A stretch of 64,000 bases of DNA from positions 256,494,001-256,558,000 of the forward strand of contig OZ024741.1 in the NCBI GenBank assembly GCA_964016885.1, read 5' to 3'. Made by a program: the position numbers and the translations under genes. Below are positions 1-9,300 of the stretch, piece by piece; within the stretch, counting starts at the first letter, position 1; the number at the start of each line of letters is the position of its first letter. The notes below the pieces were generated by a model. It made no database searches, was not told where the DNA came from, and saw nothing but the letters and a program-made list of their open reading frames with translations. Source of the stretch: Eledone cirrhosa. Taxonomy: Eukaryota.

Positions 1-278
1 CTTACGAGTGTTTCGACTTACGAGTGTTATGACTTACGGGTGTTTTGACATACGAGTGTTTCGACTTACGAGTGTTTTGACTTACGGGTGTTTTGACATA
101 CGAGTGTTTCGATAGGAGTGTTCTGACTTACGAGTGTTCTGACTTACGAGTGTTCTGACTTACGAGTGTTCTGACTTACGAGTGTTCTGACTTACGAGTG
201 TTCTGACTTACGAGTGTTCCGACTTTACGAGTGTTTCGGCTCACGAGTGTTTCGGCTTACGAGTGTTTCGACTTACGA

Positions 279-347
279 AAATAACAAATAGACGCGGTTT
301 CAAATCTCTATGCTTTTCAAATTCATTACATTAATCTTTATTTATAC
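279..347. other. 69-bp unique AT-rich interruption within satellite A
   Basis: aaataacaaatagacgcggtttcaaatctctatgcttttcaaattcattacattaatctttatttatac lies between CTTACGA (272-278) and GTTTCG (348-353), in place of the GT of a monomer. It is the only non-satellite sequence in the window. Confidence 0.93.
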
Positions 348-760
348 GTTTCGCTTTACGAGTGTTTCGACTTACGAGTGTTTCGACATACGAGTGTTTC
401 GGCTTACGAGTGTTTTGATTTACGAGTGTTTTGACTTACGGGTGCTTCGACTTACGCGTGTTTCGACTTACGAGTGTTTCGACTTACGAGTGTTTCGGCT
501 TATGAGTGTTTTGACTTACGAATGTTTTGACTTACGATTGTTTCGGCTTACGAGTGTTTCGACTTACGAGTGTTCTGACTACGAGTGTTCTGACTTACGG
601 GTGTTCTGACTTACGAGTGTTCTGACTTACGAGTGTTTCGGCTTATGAGTGTTTCGACTTACGAGTACTTCGACTTACGAGTGTTTCGGCTTACGGGTGT
701 TTCGACTTACGAATGTTTTTGCTTACGAGTGTTTCGGCTTACGAGTGTTTCGGCTTATGA

Positions 761-1654
761 GTGTTTCGACTTACGAGTGTTTTGACTTACGGGTGTTTTG
801 ACATACGAGTGTTTCGATACGATTGTTCTGACTTACGAGTGTTTCCGCTTACGAGTGTTTCGGCTTACGAGTGTTTCGACTTACTAATGTTTTTACTTAC
901 GAGTGTTTCTGTGTACGAGTGTTTCGACTTACGAGTGTTTGGACTTACGGGCGTTTCGACTTACGGGTTATTTCGACTTACGAGTGTTTTGGCTTACGAA
1001 TGTTTTGACTTACGGGTGTTTCGACTTACGAGTGTTTCGACTTATGAGTGTTTCGACTTACGAGTGTTTCGGCTTATGAGTGTTTCGACTTACGAGTGCT
1101 TCGGCTTACGAGTGTTTCGACTTACGAGTATTTCGGCTTACGAGTGTTTCGACGTACGAATGTTTTGGCTTACGAGTGTTTCGGCTTATGAGTGTTTCGG
1201 CTTACGAGTGTTTCGACTTACGAGTGTTTTGACTTACGGGTGTTTTGACATACGAGTGTTTCGATACGATTGTTCTGACTTACGAGTGTTTCCGCTTACG
1301 AGTGTTTCGGCTTACGAGTGTTTCGACTTACTAATGTTTTTACTTACGAGTGTTTCTGTGTACGAGTGTTTCGACTTACGAGTGTTTGGACTTACGGGCG
1401 TTTCGACTTACGGGTTATTTCGACTTACGAGTGTTTTGGCTTACGAATGTTTTGACTTACGGGTGTTTCGACTTACGAGTGTTTCGACTTATGAGTGTTT
1501 CGACTTACGAGTGTTTCGGCTTATGAGTGTTTCGACTTACGAGTGCTTCGGCTTACGAGTGTTTCGACTTACGAGTATTTCGGCTTACGAGTGTTTCGAC
1601 GTACGAATGTTTTGGCTTACGAGTGTTTCGGCTTATGAGTGTTTCGGCTTACGA
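761..1654. repeat. 447-bp higher-order tandem duplication (2 copies, 28 monomers each) in satellite A
   Basis: The diagnostic variant gatacgattg occurs at 816 and 1263 (offset 447). ORF 761..1846 repeats a 149-aa block twice. 447 = 26 x 16 + one 14-bp unit + one 17-bp unit. Confidence 0.92.
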
Positions 1655-2502
1655 GTGTTTCGACTTACGAGTGTTTCGGCTTACGAGTGTTTCAGTGTTT
1701 CGGCTTACGTGTGTTTCGACTTACGAGTGTTTCGACTTACGACTGTTTCGGCTTACGAGTGTTTCGGCTTACGAGTGTTTCGGCTTACGAGTGTTTTGAC
1801 TTACGATTGTTTGGCTTACGAGTGTTCTGACTTACGGGTGTTCTGACTTACCAGTGTTCCGACTTACGAGTGTTTCGGCTTATGAGGGTTTCGACTTACG
1901 AGTGCTTCGGCTTACGAGTGTTTCGACTTACGAGTGTTTCGGCTTACGAGTGTTTCGAATTACGAGTGTTTTGACTTACGGTGTTTCGGCTTACGAGTGT
2001 TTCGACATACGAGTGTTTTGACGTACGGGTGTTTCGACTTACGAGTCTTTCGACTTAAGAGTGTTTCGACTTACGAGCACTTCGACTTACGAGTGTTTCG
2101 ACTTACGAGTGTTTCGACTTACGAGTGTTTCGAATTACGAGTGTTTCGACTTACGAGTGTTTTGACTTACGAGTGTTTTGACTTACGGTGTTTCTGCTTA
2201 CGAGTGTTTCGACTTTCGAGTGTTATGACTTACGGGTGTTTTGACATACGAGTGTTTCGACTTACGAGTCTTACGGCTTACGAGTGTTTCGACTTACTAA
2301 TGTTTTTACTTACGAGTGTTTCGGCGTACGAGTGTTTCGACTTCCGAGTGTTTCGACTTACAGGTGTTTTGACTTACGAGTGTTTTGACTTACGAATGTT
2401 TTGACTTACGGGTGTTTCGGCTTACGAGTGTTTCGACTTACGAGTCTTTCGGCTTACGAGTGTTTCGACTTACTAATGTTTTTACTTACGAGTGTTTCGG
2501 CG

Positions 2503-2870
2503 TACGATTGTTTCGGCTTACGAGTGTTTCGACTTACGAGTGTTCTGACTACGAGTGTTCTGACTTACGGGTGTTCTGACTTACGAGTGTTCCGACTTAC
2601 GAGTGTTTCGACTTACGAGTGTTTCGGCTTACGGGTGTTTCGACTTACGAATGTTTTTGATTACGAGTGTTTCGGCTTACGAGTGTTTCGGCTTTTGAGT
2701 GTTTCGACTTACGAGTGTTTTGACTTACGGGTGTTTTGACATACGAGTGTTTCGATACGATTGTTCTGACTTACGAGTGTTTCCGCTTACGAGTGTTTCG
2801 GCTTACGAGTGTTTCGACTTACTAATGTTTTTACTTACGAGTGTTTCGGTGTACGAGTGTTTCGACTTAA
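2503..2870. repeat. Non-adjacent copy of satellite A segment ~533-930
   Basis: The same ordered variants recur: tacgattg...ttctgactacg...cgggtgttctg at 533 and 2503 (offset 1970), and gatacgattg...ttccgc...ctaatgttttta at 816 and 2754 (offset 1938, two monomers fewer). Confidence 0.8.
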
Positions 2871-3164
2871 GGATGTTTCAACTTACGAGTGTTTCGACTT
2901 ACGAGTGTTTCGACTTACGAGTGTTTTGGTTTACGAATGTTTTGTGTCAGTGATGTTGTAGTTGTTGCTGTTTTCTGTGTTAGTGCCAGTGTTGTTGTAG
3001 TTGTTGCTGTTTTCTATGTCAGTGCCAGTGTTGTTGTTGTTGCTGTTTTCTCTGTCAGTGCCAGTGTTGTAGTTGTTGCTGTTTTCTCTGTCAGTGCCAG
3101 TGTTGTTGTAGTTGTTGCTGTTTTCTGTGTCAGTGCCAGTGTTGTTGTTGTTGCTGTTTTCTGT

Positions 3165-3389
3165 GTCAGTGCCAGTGTTGTTGTTGTTGCTATTTTCACT
3201 GTCAGTGCCAGTGTTGTTGCTGTTGCTGTTTTCTCTGTCAGTGCCAGTGATGTTGTAGTTGTTGCTGTTTTCTGTGTTAGTGCCAGTGTTGTTGTAGTTG
3301 TTGCTGTTTTCTGTGTCAGTGCCAGTGTTGTTGCTGTTGCTGTTTTCTCTGTCAGTGCCAGTGTTGTTGTAGTTGTTGCTGCTTTCTCT
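3165..3389. repeat. Recurrent 225-bp six-monomer cassette of satellite B (first full copy)
   Basis: Fixed order of variant monomers: ...GCTATTTTCACT / GTTGTTGCTGTTGCT..TCT / AGTGATGTTGTA..TGT / GTTAGT.. / GTTGTTGCTGTTGCT..TCT / ..GCTGCTTTCTCT (36+36+39+39+36+39 bp). Full or truncated copies recur near 4800, 5880, 8740, 9240, 10440, 12580, 16440, 20030, 22870, 27260, 33480, 38250, 39940, 44290, 45980, 49710, 53060, 59890 and elsewhere. Confidence 0.85.
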
Positions 3390-6300
3390 GTCAGTGCCAG
3401 TGTTGTTGTAGCTGTTGCTGTTTTCTGTGTCAGTGCCAGTGTTGTTGTTGTTGCTGTTTTCTCTGTCAGTGCCAGAGTTGTTGTAGTTGTTGCTGTTTTC
3501 TGTGTCAGTGCCACTGTTGTTGTTGCTGTTTTCTCTGTCAGTGCCAGTGTTGTTGTAGTTTTTGCTGTTTTCTGTGTCAGTGCCAGTGTTGTTGTTGTTG
3601 CTGTTTCCTGTGTCAGTGCCAGTGTTGTTGTTGTTGCTGTTTTCTCTGTCAGTGCCAGTGTTGTTGCTGTTGCTATTTTCACTCTCAGTGCCAGTGTTGT
3701 TGTTGTTGCTGTTTTCTGTGTCAGTGCCAGTGTTGTTGTTGTTGCTGTTTTCTTTGTCAGTGCCAGTGTTGTTGTTGTTACTGTTGCTGTTTTCTGTGTC
3801 AGTTCCAGTGTTGCTGTTGCTGTTTTCTGTGCCAGTGCCAGTGTTATTGTTGCTGTTGTTGCTGTTTTCTGTGTCAGTGCCAGTGTTGTTGTTGCTGTTG
3901 TTGCTGTTTTCCGTGCCAGTGTTGTTGTAGTTGTTGCTGTTTTCTGTGTCAGTGCCGGTGTTGTTGTTGCTGTTTTCTCTGTCAGTGCCAGTGTTGTTGT
4001 TGTTGCTGTTTTCTGTGTCAGTGCCAGTGTTGTTGTAGTTGTTGCTGTTTTCTGTGTCAGTGCCAGTGTTGTTGTAGTTGTTGCTGTTTTCTGTGTCAGT
4101 GCCAGTGTTGTTGTAGTTGTTGCTGTTTTCTCTGTCAGTGCCAGTGTTGTTGTAGTTGTTGCTGTTTTCTCTGTCAGTGCCAGTGTTGTTGTAGTTGTTG
4201 CTGTTTTCTGTGTCAATGCCAGTGTTGTTGTTGTTGCTGTTTTCTCTGTCAGTGCCAGTGTTGTTGTAGTTGTTGCTGTTTTCTCTGTCAGTGCCAGTGT
4301 TGTTGTAGTTGTTGCTGTTTTCTGTGTCAGTGCCAGTGTTGTTGTAGTTGTTGCTGTTTTCTCTGTCAGTGCCAGTGTTGTTGTAGTTGTTGCTGTTTTC
4401 TCTGTCAGTGCCAGTGTTCTTGTAGTTGTTGCTGTTTTCTGTGTCAGTGCCAGTGTTGTTGTTGCTGTTTTCTCTGTCAGTGCCAGTGTTGTTGTAGTTG
4501 TTGCTGTTTTCTCTGTCAGTGCCAGTGTTGTTGTAGTTGTTGCTGTTTTCTGTGTCAGTGCCAGTGTTGTTGTAGTTGTTGCTGTTTTCTGTGTCAGTGC
4601 CAGTGTTGTTGTAGTTGTTGCTGTTTTCTCTGTCAGTGCCAGTGTTGTTGTTGTTGTTGCTGTTTTTCTGTCAGTGCCAGTGTTGTAGTTGTTGCTGTTT
4701 TCTCTGTCAGTGCCAGTGTTGTTGTAGTTGCTGCTGTTTTCTGTGTCGGTGCCAGTGTTGTTGTTGTTGCTGTTTTCTGTGTCAGTGCCAGTGTTGTTGT
4801 TGTTGCTATTTTCAATGTCAGTGCCAGTGTTGTTGCTGTTGCTGTTTTCTCTGTCAGTGCCAGTGATGTTGTAGTTGTTGCTGTTTTCTGTGTTAGTGCC
4901 AGTGTTGTTGTAGTTGTTGCTGTTTTCTGTGTCAGTGCCAGTGTTGTTGCTGTTGCTGTTTTCTCTGTCAGTGCCAGTGTTGTTGTTGTTGCTGTTTTCT
5001 CTGTCAGTGCCAGTGTTGTTGTTGTTGTTTTCTCTGTCAGTGCCAGTGTTGTTGTTGTTGCTGTTTTCTCTGTCAGTGCCAGTGTTGTTGTTGCTGTTTT
5101 CTGTGTTAGTGCCAGTGTTGTTGTAGTTGTTGCTGTTTTCTGTGTCAGTGCCAGTGTTGTTGTTGTTGCTGTTTTCTCTGTCAGTGCCAGTGTTGTTGTT
5201 GTTGCTGTTTTCTCTGTCACTGCCAGTGTTGTTGTAGTTGTTGCTGTTTTCTCTGTCAGTGCCAGTGTTGTTGTAGTTGTTGCTGTTTTCTGTGTCAGTG
5301 CCAGTGTTTTTGTTGTTGCTGTTTTCTCTGTCAGTGCCAGTGTTGTTGTAGTTGTTGCTGTTTTCTCTGTCAGTGCCAGTGTTGTTGTAATTGTTGCTGT
5401 TTTATGTGTCAGTGCCAGTGTTGTTGCTGTTGTTGCTGTTTTCTGTGTCAGTGCCAGTGTTGTTGTTGTTGCTGTTTTCTGTGTCAGTGCCAGTGTTGTT
5501 GTTGCTATTTTCACTGTCAGTGCCAGTGTTGTTGTAGTTGTTGCTGTTTTCTCTGTCAGTGCCAGTGTTGTTGTAGTTGTTGCTGTTTTCTGTGTCAGTG
5601 CCAGTGTTGTTGTTGCTGTTTTCTCTGTCAGTGCCAGTGTTGTTGTAGTTGTTGCTGTTTTCTCTGTCAGTGCCAGTGTTGTTGTAGTTGTTGCTGTTTT
5701 CTGTGTCAGTGCCAGTGTTGTTGTAGTTGTTGCTGTTTTCTCTGTCAGTGCCAGTGTTGTTGTTGTTGTTGCTGTTTTCTCTGTCAGTGCCAGTGTTGTA
5801 GTTGTTGCTGTTTTCTCTGTCAGTGCCAGTGTTGTTGTAGTTGTTGCTGTTTTCTGTGTCAGTGCCAGTGTTGTTGTTGTTTCTATTTTCACTGTCAGTG
5901 CCAGTGTTGTTGCTGCTGCTGTTTTCTCTGTCAGTGCCAGTGATGTTGTAGTTGTTGCTGTTTTCTGTGTTAGTGCCAGTTTTGTTGTAGTTGTTGCTGT
6001 TTTCTGTGTCAGTGCCAGTGTTGTTGCTGTTGCTGTTTTCTCTGTCAGTGCCAGCGTTGTTGTAGTTGTTGCTGCTTTCTCTGTCAGTGCCAGTGTTGCT
6101 GTAGTTGTTGCTGTTTTCTGTGTCAGTGCCAGTGTTGTTGTTGTTGCTATTTTCTCTGTCAATGCCAGTGTTGTTGTAGTTGTTGCTGTTTTCTGTGTCA
6201 GTGCCACTGTTGTTGTTGCTGTTTTCTGTGTCAGTGCCAGTATTGTTGTTGTTGCTGTTTTCTCTGTCAGTGCCAGTGTTGTTGTTGTTGTTGCTGTTTT

Positions 6301-9300
6301 CTGTGTCAGTGCCATTGTTATTGCTGTTGTTGCTGTTTTCTGTGTCAGTGCCAGTGTTGTTGTTGTTGTTGTTTTCTCTGTCAGTGCCAGTGTTGTTGTA
6401 GTTGTTGCTGTTTTCTGTGTCAGTGCCAGTGTTGTTGTTGTTGCTGTTTTCTCTGTCAGTGCCGGTGTTGTTGTAGCTGTTGCTGTTTTCTGTGTCAGTG
6501 CCTGTGCTGTTGTAGTTGTTGCTGTTTTCTCTGTCAGTGCCAGTGTTGTTGTAGTTGTTGCTGTTTTCTCTGTCAGTGCCAGTGTTGTTGTAGTTGTTGC
6601 TGTTTTCTCTGTCAGTGCCAGTGTTGTTGTTGTTGCTGTTTTCTCTGTCAGTGCCAGTGTTGTTGTAGTTGTAGTTGTTGCTGTTTTCTCTGTCAGTGCC
6701 AGTGTTGTTGTAGTTGTTGCTTTTTTTGTGTCAGTGCCAGTGTTGTTGTAGTTGTTGCTGTTTTCTCTGTCAGTGCCAGTGTTGTTGTAGTTGTTGCTGT
6801 TTTCTGTGTCAGTGCCAGTGTTGTTGTTGTTGCTGTTTTCTGTGTCAGTGCCAGTGTTGTTGTTGTTGCTATTTTCACTGTCAGTGCCAGTGTTTTTGTT
6901 GTTGCTGTTTTCTCTGTCAGTGCCAGTGTTGTTGTAGTTGTTGCTGTTTTCTCTGTCAGTGCCAGTGTTGTTGTAATTGTTGCTGTTTTCTGTGTCAGTG
7001 CCACTGTTGTTGCTGTTGTTGCTGTTTTCTGTGTCAGTGCCAGTGTTGTTGCTGTTGTTGCTGTTTTCTGTGTAAGTGCCAGTGTTGTTGTTGTTGCTGT
7101 TTTCTGTGTCAGTGCCAGTGTTGTTGTTGCTATTTTCACTGTCAGTGCCAGTGTTGTTGTAGTTGTTGCTGTTTTCTGTGTCAGTGCCAGTGTTGTTGTT
7201 GTTGCTGTTTTCTCTGTCAGTGCCGGTGTTGTTGTAGCTGTTGCTGTTTTCTGTGTCAGTGCCTGTGCTGTTGTAGTTGTTGCTGTTTTCTCTGTCAGTG
7301 CCAGTGTTGTTGTAGTTGTTGCTGTTTTCTCTGTCAGTGCCAGTGTTGTTGTAGTTGTTGCTGTTTTCTGTGTCAGTGCCAGTGTTGTTGCTGTTGCTGT
7401 TTTCTCTGTCAGTGCCAGTGATGTTGTAGTTGTTGCTGTTTTCTGTGTTAGTGCCAGTGTTGTTGTAGTTGTTGCTGTTGCTGTTTTCTCTGTCAGTGCC
7501 AGTGTTGTTGTAGTTGTTGCTGCTTTCTCTGTCAGTGCCAGTGTTGTTGTAGTTGTTTCTGTTTTCTGTGTCAGTGCCAGTGTTGTTGTTGTTGCTGTTT
7601 TCTCTGTCAGTGCCAGTGTTGTTGTAGTTGTTGCTGTTTTCTGTGTCAGTGCCACTGTTGTTGTTGCTGTTTTCTGTGTCTGCGCCAGTGTTGTTGTTGT
7701 TGCTGTTTTCTCTGTCAGTGCTAGTGTTGTTGTTGCTGTTTTCTCTGTCAGTGCCAGTGTTGTTGTTGTTGCTGTTTTCTGTGTCAGTGCCAGTGTTGTT
7801 GTAGTTGTTTCTGTTTTCTGTGTCAGTGCCAGTGTTGTTGTAGTTGTTGCTGTTTTCTCTGTCAGTGCCAGTGTTGTTGTAGTTGTTGCTGTTTTCTCTG
7901 TCAGTGCCAGTGTTGTTGTAGTTGTTGCTGTTTTCTGTGTCAGTGCCAGTGTTTTTGTTGTTGCTGTTTTCTCTGTCAGTGCCAGTGTTGTTGTAGTTGT
8001 TGCTGTTTTCTCTGTCAGTGCCAGTGTTGTTGTAATTGTTGCTGTTTTCTGTGTCAGTGCCAGTGTTGTTGCTGTTGTTGCTGTTTTCTGTGTCAGTGCC
8101 AGTGTTGTTGTTGCTGTTTCTGTGTCAGTGCCAGTGTTGTTGTTGCTATTTTCACTGTCAGTGCCAGTGTTGTTGTAGTTGTTGCTGTTTTCTGTGTCAG
8201 TGCCAGTGTTGTTGTTGTTGCTGTGTTCTCTGTCAGTGCCAGTGTTGTTGTAGCTGTTGCTGTTTTCTGTGTCAGTGCCAGTGTTGTTGTAGTTGTTGCT
8301 GTTTTCTGTGTCAGTGCCAGTGTTTTTGTTGTTGCTGTTTTCTCTGTCAGTGCCAGTGTTGTTGTAGTTGTTGCTGTTTTCTCTGTCAGTGCCAGTGTTG
8401 TTGTAGTTGTTGCTGTTTTTTGTGTCAGTGCCAGTGTCGTTGTAGTTGTTGCTGTTTTCTCTGTCAGTGCCAGTGTTGTTGTTGTTGTTGCTGTTTTCAC
8501 TGTCAGTGCCAGTGTTGTAGTTGTTGCTGTTTTCTCTGTCAGTGCCAGTGTTGTTGTAATTGTTGCTGTTTTCTGTGTCAGTGCCAGTGTTGTTGCTGTT
8601 GTTGCTGTTTTCTGTGTCAGTGCCAGTGTTGTTGTTGCTGTTTCTGTGTCAGTGCCAGTGTTGTTGTTGCTATTTTCACTGTCAGTGCCAGTGTTGTTGT
8701 TGTTGCTGTTTTCTGTGTCAGTGCCAGTGTTGTTGTTGTTGCTATTTTCACTGTCAGTGCCAGTGTTGTTGCTGTTGCTGTTTTCTCTGTCAGTGCCAGT
8801 GATGTTGTAGTTGTTGCTGTTTTCTGTGTTAGTGCCAGTGTTGTTGTAGTTGTTGCTGTTTTCTGTGTCAGTGCCAGTGTTGTTGCTGTTGCTGTTTTCT
8901 CTGTCAGTGCCAGTGTTGTTGTAGTTGTTGCTGCTTTCTCTGTCAGTGCCAGTGTTGTTGTAGTTGTTGCTGTTTTCTGTGTCAGTGCCAGTGTTGTTGT
9001 TGTTGCTGTTTTCTCTGTCAGTGCCAGTGTTGTTGTATTTGTTGTTGTTGCTGTTTTCTCTGTCAGTGCCAGTGTTGTTGTAGTTGTTGCTTTTTTTTGT
9101 GTCAGTGCCAGTGTTGTTGTAGTTGTTGCTGTTTTCTCTGTCAGTGCCAGTGTTGTTGTAGTTGTTGCTGTTTTCTGTGTCAGTGCCAGTGTTGTTGTTG
9201 TTGCTGTTTTCTGTGTCAGTGCCAGTGTTGTTGTTGTTGCTATTTTCACTGTCAGTGCCAGTGTTGTTGCTGTTGCTGTTTTCTCTGTCAGTGCCAGTGA

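Larger units (their letters stand above)
1..2944. repeat. Satellite A: 16-bp tandem repeat, consensus CTTACGAGTGTTTCGA (~180 degenerate copies; continues off the left edge)
   Basis: Read directly: cttacgagtgtttcga / cttacgagtgttatga / cttacgggtgttttga / catacgagtgtttcga from position 1. Common variants end in TTCGG, TTTGA or TTCTGA, with occasional 14-, 15- and 17-bp units. The ORF track shows the expected 16-aa (3 x 16 bp) period LTSVSTYECFDLRVFR. Confidence 0.98.

Noticed and set aside
279-347. MITE or other transposon insertion
   Set aside because: There is only a 6-bp AT-rich inverted match and no clean target-site duplication, which is too weak to call a mobile element.
955-967. Canonical CENP-B box
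   Set aside because: The spacing between A and CGGG is 2 nt short of the required TTCG-N4-A-N2-CGGG, so it is reported only as a resemblance.
1-2944. Telomerase-synthesised long telomeric repeat (yeast-type 16-mer) or plasmid iterons
   Set aside because: The array is too degenerate, shows block duplications, lacks a G-rich core and has no adjacent rep gene. I do not recognise it as any known telomere repeat.
310-2953. ORFs with LTSVSTYECFDLRVFR repeats
   Set aside because: They are translations of the 16-bp satellite. The same peptide appears in all three + frames, with no domain or gene context.
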